Shown one piece after another: positions 20,470-29,825 of a DNA stretch of 64,000 nt; the first letter of the stretch is position 1, and each line of letters starts with the position of its first letter. Location: the sequence record PZ386957.1, one strand, 5' to 3'. This stretch comes from a phage. The translations under genes and the position numbers were made by a program. Below the pieces are notes generated by a model. That model worked only from the letters and a program-made list of their open reading frames with translations, did not search any database and was not told where the DNA came from.

Positions 20470-23013
20470 TTAAAATAGTTGAGTACCATCAACCAGATAA
20501 CCGTTTCGGGATTCAAGAACATGCGTATTGCTATAATGATGCAGCGATGCCGCAATAGTCTCGACCTCGTCCGGGTAACGGGTATGTGTAAAGTCCTCTA
20601 ACCAGTTAAGACCTTCGCGGTTACAACGATCAATCTCATCCATTACCCAATACCCTTGATACTGGAAGGATGTACGTCGCCATGGGATCGGGTGTACATA
20701 TCGCTTAAGCTGTGCGGTAGTGAATACCACACGGATTTTTTCAGTATGAGCAACATGACCCGCGTCATCGGTGATCTCTGCGTAGTAAGTCGCCTGGTCT
20801 TTATCCTTGCTGATTTGATCTTTCGGGATGGTATAAGTTTTGTCATTCGCGCCCTGAATAACGCTATCTTTACCGCCCTGTACTTTATGCCACTTCCAGC
20901 TAACTACCTTATTCGGCGTGATATGTTCCGCGTCAGCCTTTAACACAATATCCTGATCCTGACCTTCTTTAGCCACCACATCCACTGGATGTTGAAGGAT
21001 ATTAATGTTAGTATGTGGATTCAGCACAATAACAGCCGGATTAGTTTCTAGAGTACGCTCTGCGGCAGTAACTACAGCCGTGTAAGTCCCCGCATCGGAT
21101 GGTTTAGCGTGATCAATTATCAGCACCTCATCATTAGCGCCCGGAATAATCTGACCATCTTTTTTCCACTGATACGATGGTTTAATGCCGATAGTGTTCG
21201 TCGCTTGCGCATGTAGCATAATCCGCTGGTTGTAGTTGACATTATTACTTTGCGGGTGAATCGTAATTTGTGTATCATTAGGAACTACAGTCGGATCATC
21301 GGTGATCAGTACGCGCACGGCATCGGACATTTTAGATACACGATGATCGCCAAAGCCAGCCGATACACGGCAAGTATAAACGCCAGTTGATGACAATTGC
21401 GCGTGATCTTCACCATATACATTTCGTTGTTCAATTCCGGTTGGGAATAAATCCTCACCATCTTTAAACCAACGGTAACGAACTGGCAAAGCATCATTCG
21501 ACGTTGCTGTAATGCTTAACGCCCACTGTCCACCGGAACGAATGCTAACCGCTTTTGGTTGTACCGTGATGTTTAGCGTAGATTTAGAATCATCTACGGT
21601 AACTTGAACAGGATTAGATTCTTTAGTGATTCGGTGGTTCTGAATACCCATAGAAACTACGCACTTATACTGTCCTTCGTCGGCTTTTGTGATCGCGGAG
21701 AAATGTAGCGCATTAGACGTTTTACCCGGCAACAATTCATTATCTTTATACCACTGATAAACAAGTTTATAATGCTCGTAGTCAGTGGTCGCCTGACAAA
21801 TCAATGATTGAGCGGAACTAACACGAACATTAGTTAACTGCTGCGGTTGCTGTGTGATTCGAATTTCAGGCGCAGCACCGACCAGCAAACTTGCTTCTTC
21901 TGTGTCTACTGTTATATTATCACCGTAGGTCAATTTGGCTTTATATTTCGCCTGATTATATTCCTGAGTAGCCGGAATAATATGCAACTCGTTATTAACC
22001 GCACCAACAATCGGTTTAAATTCAGGATCGCCGTTTTTCTGGACATACCATTGAATTTTTACCGGAGAATAGTTGGTTGCATATTCAACGCGGAATAAGC
22101 CAAGAGCACCAGCGCCCACATTAAGTGTCTGTGGTTGCTGAATAATACGGAAGAAAGCATGATCACTGATGATCACATTACAATCTTTCGAATATACGGT
22201 AGTCTCTGCTTGTCGAACTTCCATTCGCCAGATTCCCGCGTCTGCTTTAGTAACATGGGTAATAATCAGCGATTGACCGTTTTGATCCGGTACAATCTTG
22301 CCGTTATGAATCCACACATACTCAATCGGGCGAGTAGTATCATCTGACACCACATGAGCGACTAACTCCAGTCGACCATCTTCTGGAATAGTTACAGACG
22401 ACTCGTATTGTTCAGTAATATGAACTTTCGGTGCATCGGTGTTTTGTTCCACGACTACCGGTTCGATCCAATAGTGAGAACGTGCATCATCCTGTACAAA
22501 TACTTTACAAGTGTAGTTACCAAAATCCTCATAACCTACACGATCAACGTGTACGGAAATGTTATTACGAATCTTACTCGGATCTAGTAATACATGGTTT
22601 TTATACCAGATATAAGCCGCATTATGATTATCTTCGATAAACGGGGTAGCGAAAATATCCAGTGATTCACCTAAACGCTTGTAAATGTACGTCGGAGATT
22701 GGTCTTGTGGAGCAATAAAGATTCGACGTTCAACAAGGATTGGTTTAATATCCACATATTCCTGCGGATTTTCTTTGAGTTTTACACGCGCGGTGTAAGT
22801 ACCGAACTGCTGATCTGTCATTTCTGCAATATACAGAGATTGATCTGGTTCGGTAACTTGTTCCGCTGGTACACTCTGCCCGTTTAGCTTCCATTCTACA
22901 ATATAGTCTTTAAAATCTGCGACACTAACAACCAGTCGCAAAACCAATTCATGACCTACTGATGCATAAACCGGACCTACTGTTTGATGTAAGATATTGA
23001 TTTTATCAGACAT
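20470..23013 (-). CDS. hoc: Hoc-like outer capsid protein, long paralog (~8 Ig-like domains)
   Basis: 847 aa from ATG at 23013 (AGAGGA RBS); repeated ~90-aa Ig-like units; C-terminus KRYVHPIPWRRTSFQYQGYWVMDEI...ESRNGYLV as in Hoc. Confidence 0.85.
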   Translation of the reverse strand: MSDKINILHQTVGPVYASVGHELVLRLVVSVADFKDYIVEWKLNGQSVPAEQVTEPDQSLYIAEMTDQQFGTYTARVKLKENPQEYVDIKPILVERRIFIAPQDQSPTYIYKRLGESLDIFATPFIEDNHNAAYIWYKNHVLLDPSKIRNNISVHVDRVGYEDFGNYTCKVFVQDDARSHYWIEPVVVEQNTDAPKVHITEQYESSVTIPEDGRLELVAHVVSDDTTRPIEYVWIHNGKIVPDQNGQSLIITHVTKADAGIWRMEVRQAETTVYSKDCNVIISDHAFFRIIQQPQTLNVGAGALGLFRVEYATNYSPVKIQWYVQKNGDPEFKPIVGAVNNELHIIPATQEYNQAKYKAKLTYGDNITVDTEEASLLVGAAPEIRITQQPQQLTNVRVSSAQSLICQATTDYEHYKLVYQWYKDNELLPGKTSNALHFSAITKADEGQYKCVVSMGIQNHRITKESNPVQVTVDDSKSTLNITVQPKAVSIRSGGQWALSITATSNDALPVRYRWFKDGEDLFPTGIEQRNVYGEDHAQLSSTGVYTCRVSAGFGDHRVSKMSDAVRVLITDDPTVVPNDTQITIHPQSNNVNYNQRIMLHAQATNTIGIKPSYQWKKDGQIIPGANDEVLIIDHAKPSDAGTYTAVVTAAERTLETNPAVIVLNPHTNINILQHPVDVVAKEGQDQDIVLKADAEHITPNKVVSWKWHKVQGGKDSVIQGANDKTYTIPKDQISKDKDQATYYAEITDDAGHVAHTEKIRVVFTTAQLKRYVHPIPWRRTSFQYQGYWVMDEIDRCNREGLNWLEDFTHTRYPDEVETIAASLHHYSNTHVLESRNGYLVDGTQLF

Positions 23014-23090
23014 TTGATATCCTCTTTTTAATTGCATAACGGAACTACAATTAAAATCATAACAAATATTTCACATCTACACTCTCAATA

Positions 23091-23804
23091 TTACTTGAGT
23101 GTGTGGAATTGGCTATGTTTAGTCTCGCGTACCTTGACAGATCCATCACGCTTGATATAATAGATCAGTGATTTAAGGGTATCATGGACATACACATGCG
23201 GGAAACGTTCTGGGTGTTTCTTCCAGTCTGGGGTATTCTGAATCCAGTCGAAGATCCACCATGGGCAAGTGTAATAGCCACGACCGCCACCAATCAAGCT
23301 AATGGTAGGACGAAATCCAGTGAGATCGCAGAGTGTTTCGGAATCAGGAATACCACGATGTTCTGCCTCATCTGAGAAGATGTTAGCGACCGGAGATTCT
23401 TTAACTTCCGGCAATTCTACATTGATTTCGACGTGTTCCGGTTCCGGCTTGACTTCTTCTACGATTTCAATTACAGTAGGCTGTTCTTCCGGTTCTTTCA
23501 TTGCTTCAACCAATGCCGGACGTGCTTCGTCAAATACAACTTTATCTTCTGCGGTATCAGCCGCAATAATCAGATCGGTAATACTGGTTCCTTCTGCTGG
23601 AGTTTCATTATTCATTTCAGATGCCATATTATTGAGTTCTGATTCTACGTTGGTGATCATGGTTTCCAGCGACCAAGTTTTTTTCACCTTAATGTCAAAT
23701 TGTTTTGCGTAATCTGCTAATTCTGCTTTAGCTGTCTTCTGGGCTTCCTTATCGTCAGAAGCCGCGATCAAGCGGAGTTCTTCAAAGTATTCTTTATCAA
23801 ACAT
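23091..23804 (-). CDS. inh: Putative Inh-like head protein (assigned by synteny only)
   Basis: 237 aa from ATG at 23804 (AGGAG RBS); position between hoc and uvsW as T4 inh; acidic central region. Confidence 0.5.
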   Translation of the reverse strand: MFDKEYFEELRLIAASDDKEAQKTAKAELADYAKQFDIKVKKTWSLETMITNVESELNNMASEMNNETPAEGTSITDLIIAADTAEDKVVFDEARPALVEAMKEPEEQPTVIEIVEEVKPEPEHVEINVELPEVKESPVANIFSDEAEHRGIPDSETLCDLTGFRPTISLIGGGRGYYTCPWWIFDWIQNTPDWKKHPERFPHVYVHDTLKSLIYYIKRDGSVKVRETKHSQFHTLK

Positions 23805-23833
23805 GTTATATTCTCCTAGTTTGATGGTGTTTG

Positions 23834-23841
23834 TATAAATA
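23834..23841 (+). promoter_or_regulatory. T4-type late promoter TATAAATA upstream of uvsW
   Basis: Exact TATAAATA 36 nt upstream of the uvsW ATG. Confidence 0.65.
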
Positions 23842-23876
23842 TTGTATATTGTATTTATTGAGTGAGGCTGTTCGCT

Positions 23877-25379
23877 ATGCAGGATATTAAAATTCACTTT
23901 ATTAATTATTCGCATGTTCAAATTGAATGTAGCGATTCAATTCTAATGGAAATGCGAGAATATTTTAGTTTTGAAGTTGAGGGAGCACAGTTCCAAAAAC
24001 GTGTGAAATACGGATCTTGGGATGGGCGTATTCGTCTTTTAGACTACAACGGAAAGTTGCCTATTGGCCTAACAAAAACCGTCGGTATCTTCGCTAAAAA
24101 TATGGGCTATAGCGTATGGGTAGACCCTCGCTTATTCGAAAAAGAACAAGTTACAGAAGAAGAAATTACAAAATGGTGTAATGACTTAGAATTATATTCC
24201 GGTGCTAACAGGATCACCCCGCACTGGTATCAATCAAAGGCAGTCTTTGAAGGTATTCATCATAAACGTAGAATGCTTGTTCTTCCAACGTCTGCGGGTA
24301 AGTCTGCGATTGCTTGTATGTTGTCTCGTTGGTACTTAGAGAACTACGAGGGAAAAGTGTTGATCATTGTCCCGACCACATCTCTTGTTCTCCAGATGCG
24401 TGATGACTTTGTTGATTATCGCCAGTTTCCTTATGAAGCAATTCACACTATCATGAGCGGTACTAGTAAACACGTAGGTGATCGCCTGATCGTTGTTAGT
24501 ACGTGGCAATCAGCATGTAAACAGCCTCGTGAGTGGTTCCAGCAATTTGGGATGGTGATTGTTGATGAATGTCATCGTGCTACCGCCAAAAACCTGCTGA
24601 ACATCGTTACTGACATGGACCACTGTCAATTTAAGATCGGTATGACTGGTTCCCCGCGAGATGGAAAGGCTAACATGATGCAATATGTCGGGTTGTTCGG
24701 TGATATTTCTAAGATTGTTAGTATTGACCGCTTAATGGAAGATGGACAGGTTACAAAGCTGAAAATTAACTGTCTATTCCTTCGATATACCGACGAGGAA
24801 TGTGCTGCTGTTAAAGGACGAGATTATGCCGAAGAGATCAAATACATCACCTCACATGGGCGACGAAATAAGTTTGTATGTAATTTGGCGCTAAAACTCG
24901 CTAGAAAGAACGAAAACGTCTTCCTGATGTTCCGCAATACCAAGCATGGAAAAATGATGTATGAAGCCTTACAGAAGGTACACGATAAGGTTTACTACAT
25001 TGACGGTGGCGTTAAAACCACCGAACGTGATGAATTTAAGAAATTAGCGGAAGGTGAAACAGGGATCATTTGTGTTGCATCCTATGGTGTGTTTTCTACT
25101 GGTGTTTCTATCAAGAACTTGCATCATGTAATTTTTGGTCATCCTGTAAAAGAATCCACTATCGTTAGACAGAGTATCGGGCGATCATTGCGTAAACATG
25201 GTTCTAAGGATATTGCGACCGTCTGGGATGTTGTTGATCACCTTGCTATTAAAACAAAGAGCAAGACCGCTAAGAAACAATTCAGCCACCTGAATTACGC
25301 GCTTAAACACTCGTTAGAACGCATCCGTGTTTATGGGGAAGATCGATTCGAGTACGTGACCAAAACAATTGAGATTTAA
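23877..25379 (+). CDS. uvsW: UvsW RNA-DNA/DNA helicase
   Basis: 500 aa from ATG at 23877 (MQDIKIHF; GAGG RBS); collinear with T4 UvsW (NLPTSAGKS, IIVPTT, DECH, GxSGSxRDGKANIMQYVG, VASYGVFSTG). Confidence 0.93.
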   Translation: MQDIKIHFINYSHVQIECSDSILMEMREYFSFEVEGAQFQKRVKYGSWDGRIRLLDYNGKLPIGLTKTVGIFAKNMGYSVWVDPRLFEKEQVTEEEITKWCNDLELYSGANRITPHWYQSKAVFEGIHHKRRMLVLPTSAGKSAIACMLSRWYLENYEGKVLIIVPTTSLVLQMRDDFVDYRQFPYEAIHTIMSGTSKHVGDRLIVVSTWQSACKQPREWFQQFGMVIVDECHRATAKNLLNIVTDMDHCQFKIGMTGSPRDGKANMMQYVGLFGDISKIVSIDRLMEDGQVTKLKINCLFLRYTDEECAAVKGRDYAEEIKYITSHGRRNKFVCNLALKLARKNENVFLMFRNTKHGKMMYEALQKVHDKVYYIDGGVKTTERDEFKKLAEGETGIICVASYGVFSTGVSIKNLHHVIFGHPVKESTIVRQSIGRSLRKHGSKDIATVWDVVDHLAIKTKSKTAKKQFSHLNYALKHSLERIRVYGEDRFEYVTKTIEI

Positions 25380-25383
25380 TAAA

Positions 25384-25408
25384 TAGGGGCTATATGCCCC
25401 TTTATTTG
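25384..25408 (+). terminator. Terminator after uvsW
   Basis: GGGGC-TATAT-GCCCC followed by TTTATTTG. Confidence 0.6.
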
Positions 25409-25423
25409 ACGGAGATTAAAAGA

Positions 25424-25663
25424 ATGTGTATTAGTTTTAAAAGATTTCTGGTTGAGGCTGCAATTGACGGCTTTATGAATAAAATCTATTCCTGCAATAC
25501 TCTCGATGGTTTAGATGAACTTGAGGGATATTACGAGAAGCGTAAAAAAGAGACTGAACTGAAACCTGCTGATGATATTTCTATACGTGATGCCATCGCC
25601 GGACGACGTAAACAACTGGAAGCCGAGAACGAGCCAGAAGAAGAGCCAGAAGAAGATTTTTAA
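25424..25663 (+). CDS. UvsW.1-like small acidic protein
   Basis: 79 aa from ATG at 25424 (GGAG RBS); acidic C-terminus EPEEEPEEDF. Confidence 0.6.
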   Translation: MCISFKRFLVEAAIDGFMNKIYSCNTLDGLDELEGYYEKRKKETELKPADDISIRDAIAGRRKQLEAENEPEEEPEEDF

Positions 25664-25674
25664 GATACAAAAAA

Positions 25675-25693
25675 GCCCCATCAATGATGGGGC
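25675..25693. terminator. Bidirectional terminator between convergent transcription units
   Basis: GCCCCATC-AAT-GATGGGGC flanked by an A-run upstream and T/A-rich sequence downstream. Confidence 0.65.
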
Positions 25694-25735
25694 AATAAAA
25701 ATAACCAATCGGTAAAAAGGTTATCAACATTGATT

Positions 25736-25912
25736 TTACATTAAGAGCATTGTTTGCTCTACGAGTTGCTCTTGTTCTTCAACGTCTGAATTTTCACTTA
25801 ATTGACGTTCGGTTACTAGCTGTAAACAATAGCCAGTGTGAGCAACGCCGTGTTCTGTTTGGACTGCTAAAGCGTCTTCTACAGGTTGCTTGCAACAAAT
25901 ACAGATTTTCAT
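25736..25912 (-). CDS. Small Cys-containing protein (58 aa) downstream of uvsY
   Basis: ATG with AGGAGG RBS; MKICICCKQPVED...; position of T4 uvsY.-1/-2. Confidence 0.5.
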   Translation of the reverse strand: MKICICCKQPVEDALAVQTEHGVAHTGYCLQLVTERQLSENSDVEEQEQLVEQTMLLM

Positions 25913-25933
25913 AAAAATTCCTCCTACCGTTAT

Positions 25934-26341
25934 TTATCGACCGGATTCCAACATACGCAATTCTATAGCATTCTTGATCGCAAAACCACGGGATTTAATA
26001 ATATCCAATGCCTTGCTTGCGAAGTCCATAACCATCTGATAATATGCAATTTTGGTATCAATTGGTAGGATCTCATCGTCTGCCGTCATAACTACTTTCA
26101 ATTCGGTTGAAGAGTATTCAACTCTACACCACTCATCACTACGGTTAGTATAAAAATCAAGTTTATTTTTAACCGCTTTCTTTTTCTTTGCCTCAAGAGC
26201 AATGATCTCGCGTTTCGCCTCGCTATACACTCGCAACCACTTAGAGTAAACTACAGGGTTATTGAGTGCTTCCCATTGCAGTTTCGTTGCATCGATTTTA
26301 ACGTCGTTGTCAAGCTGGTCTTTTAATTCATTCAGATCCAT
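25934..26341 (-). CDS. uvsY: UvsY recombination mediator
   Basis: 135 aa from ATG at 26341; collinear with T4 UvsY (YSKWL, IKSRGFAIK). Confidence 0.9.
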   Translation of the reverse strand: MDLNELKDQLDNDVKIDATKLQWEALNNPVVYSKWLRVYSEAKREIIALEAKKKKAVKNKLDFYTNRSDEWCRVEYSSTELKVVMTADDEILPIDTKIAYYQMVMDFASKALDIIKSRGFAIKNAIELRMLESGR

Positions 26342-26356
26342 AATAAAACACCTCAA

Positions 26357-26743
26357 TCATTTGGACAATCTTACTCTTAGTTGTTCTAACTCTTCGGGGT
26401 TGTCTATAACAGAAAAGTAAATTGTTACGATAATCGAGTTATCATCATACTGTGGAGTGACTTCTACGTCAAGTTTTTTTACGCGCGGTTCATAGTTCCT
26501 GATCGACTCGTTGATGTTCTTTGATAGTGTATCCACTGTCAGTGGATTTATATTCTCAAACAGCGTTCTGTTTAAGTCGCAACCAAAATTAGGATCAAAT
26601 GGTCGAGATCCTTTAGCGGTGGTTATGATTAGCAATAAAGAATCTTTAACCGCTTTAATCCCTGTATTCTTTTTTATATCATTGTTCCATGCTCGCTTAA
26701 ACTCTAGGTTTAAATCAGTGTACATCTGGTTAATCGTTGCCAT
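26357..26743 (-). CDS. 25: Baseplate wedge protein gp25
   Basis: 128 aa; TTxKGSRPFDPxFGCDL, RNYEPR, FSVIDNP as in T4 gp25. Confidence 0.93.
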   Translation of the reverse strand: MATINQMYTDLNLEFKRAWNNDIKKNTGIKAVKDSLLLIITTAKGSRPFDPNFGCDLNRTLFENINPLTVDTLSKNINESIRNYEPRVKKLDVEVTPQYDDNSIIVTIYFSVIDNPEELEQLRVRLSK

Positions 26744-26750
26744 AATTGCC

Positions 26751-27380
26751 TCAAAGAATCGTTAGAAATTCATCAAGACCTCTGATCGAATGAATGCCAG
26801 ATTCACCACAATCACACTTGATCGGCACTGCTAGTGTGATTTGTGGTTTTGTTAGCTCATCGATGATAGTCTCTACGTGTTCTGTTGTCAACATGCTTAG
26901 GATTGTGTCGAAATCTTGTTCGTTCAGGTCACTAATGTCAAATTCCTGATTGTCTATGACAATGTATTCTATACACGCAATAACCATCTGCATAATATCA
27001 TTATCTTCTGTGAATCTCGGAGAACGAAATTTAATTTTTATCCCACCCAAATCCAAAAGATATGGTTCGGCTTCTGGGATCTGAGTTCGTTCTACATTAA
27101 GTGAATACTCCTTCTCTTTGTTACATACTCCACACACCCACGTAGATTTAAAATTATCTTTTGCAAGGCTATGACACCATAACATAAGGAAAATATATTC
27201 AGCTTCGCATTTATCCAATTCTAGAGCATTAATTCCGGTACAATCTCTGATAATCTCTAACACCGCTTCTTTAAGTCTTCCAGTGTTCTTATATTCTACT
27301 AATTTCTGAAATTCTTTGTAGGTGAATGCTCTCGTGGTGACTGTCTTGTCGCCTATTTTAATCTTGAAAATATGTTGCAT
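26751..27380 (-). CDS. 26: Baseplate hub protein gp26-like
   Basis: 209 aa from ATG at 27380 (AGAGGTG RBS); size and position match T4 gp26; shares CxxC...KEK motif with the divergent gene 51-like ORF. Confidence 0.65.
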   Translation of the reverse strand: MQHIFKIKIGDKTVTTRAFTYKEFQKLVEYKNTGRLKEAVLEIIRDCTGINALELDKCEAEYIFLMLWCHSLAKDNFKSTWVCGVCNKEKEYSLNVERTQIPEAEPYLLDLGGIKIKFRSPRFTEDNDIMQMVIACIEYIVIDNQEFDISDLNEQDFDTILSMLTTEHVETIIDELTKPQITLAVPIKCDCGESGIHSIRGLDEFLTIL

Positions 27381-27421
27381 AGTATACACCTCTTATAGTA
27401 CATAGAAATTATTTAGTATTT

Positions 27422-27429
27422 TATAAATA
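27422..27429 (+). promoter_or_regulatory. T4-type late promoter TATAAATA upstream of gene 51-like ORF
   Basis: Exact TATAAATA 21 nt upstream of the ATG at 27450. Confidence 0.65.
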
Positions 27430-27449
27430 CCCGAAAGGGGGATTTTATC

Positions 27450-28220
27450 ATGAATGTTATACGAATTAAAATGCCGGATGGTGCTAAACGATTTAAACCA
27501 TTTACCGTAAAAGACTATCGCGATTTTCTTTTAGTGTCTGCTGATATGAAGGGGAATCCGGCGGAGGAACAAACGATTCTAGATGAATTGCTGGAAGAAT
27601 TATATCCTGATGTAGATCCAGTGTTCCGTCCATATGTATTTCTTAACGTGTTCACATCTTCTATCGGCAAAACAAAAATACCGCTTTCATTCAAATGTCC
27701 AACATGCGGAAAAGAAAAGCGGATAATGTTGAATCTTGCGGTTCCTGCATTGCAACCAATCATCCTAGAAACTGCTGGGCTTAAAATTACGTTTAAGTAT
27801 GTGAAACCGTCCACCGACTACGCAAAAACGTTTCTAGAAGCGATTGAGCGCGTTTCTGATGGGGTTAACGACTACGCATGGAATGAACTATCGGAAGACG
27901 TTCGGGATCAGGTGATTGACGCTATATCGTTTGCTGAATTTGAGGACGTGGTAAAGAAAATGCACACAATTTTGATTGAGCAGAAAATCAAATGTTGTGA
28001 TACCCACGAATTAAGATACACCGATTTACTAGGGCTTTATAAGCTACTTCTTAATCCAGATGAAATTTTTACTTTTTATAGGATCTCGCATTTGCTTGTA
28101 AAAAATAATTATTCATTTGGTGATCTGATGAATATGATCATGGTCGAAAGGAATATAGCATTGGCGCTAGTTGAAAAAGACGTTAAGGAGGCTAATAATG
28201 CAAAGACCCGGATTTCCTAA
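27450..28220 (+). CDS. 51: Baseplate hub assembly protein gp51-like
   Basis: 256 aa; position upstream of gene 27 and size as T4 gp51; assignment by synteny. Confidence 0.6.
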   Translation: MNVIRIKMPDGAKRFKPFTVKDYRDFLLVSADMKGNPAEEQTILDELLEELYPDVDPVFRPYVFLNVFTSSIGKTKIPLSFKCPTCGKEKRIMLNLAVPALQPIILETAGLKITFKYVKPSTDYAKTFLEAIERVSDGVNDYAWNELSEDVRDQVIDAISFAEFEDVVKKMHTILIEQKIKCCDTHELRYTDLLGLYKLLLNPDEIFTFYRISHLLVKNNYSFGDLMNMIMVERNIALALVEKDVKEANNAKTRIS

Positions 28221-29307
28221 TGTCTCCATAAAGCTATATCAAGATTATGAGGCATTTTCAGAAAACAGATTTGTTGAGTTAGGTGCTACGTTCATCACTA
28301 TGACTCTTCGCGATTCCTTACGCGGAATTAATGAGGGGCTATTACAGATCTATGACTCCAAAGCCTTACATACAAAATTGGCAGGAACAGAGATCATACA
28401 AATTTCATTGTCAACGGCTAATACTGAACAAGTATTCAACCGTATATATGGCATTGCTCATAGCAATGTGACAGTTGATTCTAAGGCTGATAATATAATC
28501 ACCTTTCAGTTAAAAAGCTATCACGAAACATTGAATTTAAAGTTCTCTCGCGGTACTGATACTAACGCGGTGAACAATATCACTAGTATGATTGATGCGA
28601 TTTATAAGGATGTTCCCTTGTGGAAACCTGCCATTAATGGAATAAACGTATTCATCCCCAAGTGTCCGTGGGTGAGTACCATTAATGACTATTTTGAATA
28701 TATCCGAACGCACGGACAGAGCGTAGAAAATGAATCATTTGTCTATTGCTGGGAAGATTTCGATGGTATTAAAATAATCGACCACAAACTGTTGATGGAA
28801 ATTGATCCTATCCCTGCAATCGTCACTGAGCCGACCTTGATGGGGCAATTTATGGATATGGGCGATTATCTAATGGTGTTTAACTTTGAATGGGATACTA
28901 AGAGCAACGCGGTTACAAAAAATTCATTCAATAATGTCACATACACTACCATAGATTTCATAACAAAACAATATAATAAAATTATTGTTGGTAACGGTAA
29001 TAATATTGCTCATTTTGCACATGGTGGTGTATATGGTGACTTGACATATAAAAACGCATATCTCGAAGGAACTAAACTTGCAACCTTCGGGCAATATGAT
29101 TCTTATGCTAGTGCGATTTGTCATGGTAATTTCTCATTGCGACCAGCACAAAAGCTGAGATTCTTTGATGCTAAACAGCAAATTCGTACTGACTTTATTG
29201 TCGATGAAGTTGTGCACGAAATATGTCGCGAGCAATCGCTGACGCATATTCATATGTTTAGCCATAGTGAGATTTTAAAAGACGTTACATTTGAAGGTAA
29301 AATATGA
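28198..29307 (+). CDS. 27: Baseplate hub protein gp27
   Basis: 369 aa from ATG at 28198 (AGGAGG RBS); MQRPGFPNVSIKLYQDYEAFSENRFVELGAT collinear with T4 gp27. Confidence 0.9.
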   Translation: MQRPGFPNVSIKLYQDYEAFSENRFVELGATFITMTLRDSLRGINEGLLQIYDSKALHTKLAGTEIIQISLSTANTEQVFNRIYGIAHSNVTVDSKADNIITFQLKSYHETLNLKFSRGTDTNAVNNITSMIDAIYKDVPLWKPAINGINVFIPKCPWVSTINDYFEYIRTHGQSVENESFVYCWEDFDGIKIIDHKLLMEIDPIPAIVTEPTLMGQFMDMGDYLMVFNFEWDTKSNAVTKNSFNNVTYTTIDFITKQYNKIIVGNGNNIAHFAHGGVYGDLTYKNAYLEGTKLATFGQYDSYASAICHGNFSLRPAQKLRFFDAKQQIRTDFIVDEVVHEICREQSLTHIHMFSHSEILKDVTFEGKI

Positions 29308-29825
29308 TGATTGATACTAAACCATCTTTAAAATTTGTCGTTCCTGTCAAGAATATCACTGTTAACGACAAACAGATTAAGATCCCCAAAATGGGGATCA
29401 AACAGCACCGATTATTAAAAGATGTTCGTAGCTGTGATGAGACTTTAAAAATTCTACTTGATTCTATTCATCCAGGATTAAATGCAGCCGAAGCAGAATT
29501 GGTTATGCTTCATATATGCGCTTTTAATGGAAAGTGTTTAGAAGAAAAAGACGGTTTGCGATTGGATGATGTTTATATTTGTACGGAATCGGAGTTTGAA
29601 TTTAATGGCGAGAAATTCAAGTTTACCCCGCCTATGTTATCTTCTGAATATACACATGATGATGCAAATTTCCTAAGCAATCACTATCACGATCCTAGCG
29701 TAGACTTTCATGATTTCCCAGCGTTTATTATGAATTGGGCTACAGGATTAAGAAAAACAGTTGCCTTAGATACGCCGGACGGCACTATCTATGGAGGCAT
29801 TAACATATTGGATCGCCTATCATGA
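29304..29825 (+). CDS. 28: Baseplate hub distal subunit gp28-like
   Basis: 173 aa; synteny and size; start overlaps gene 27 stop (ATGA). Confidence 0.75.
   Translation: MMIDTKPSLKFVVPVKNITVNDKQIKIPKMGIKQHRLLKDVRSCDETLKILLDSIHPGLNAAEAELVMLHICAFNGKCLEEKDGLRLDDVYICTESEFEFNGEKFKFTPPMLSSEYTHDDANFLSNHYHDPSVDFHDFPAFIMNWATGLRKTVALDTPDGTIYGGINILDRLS

Noticed and set aside
23302-23712. 136-aa plus-strand ORF inside the inh-like gene
   Set aside because: Ser/Thr-rich antisense frame with no RBS.
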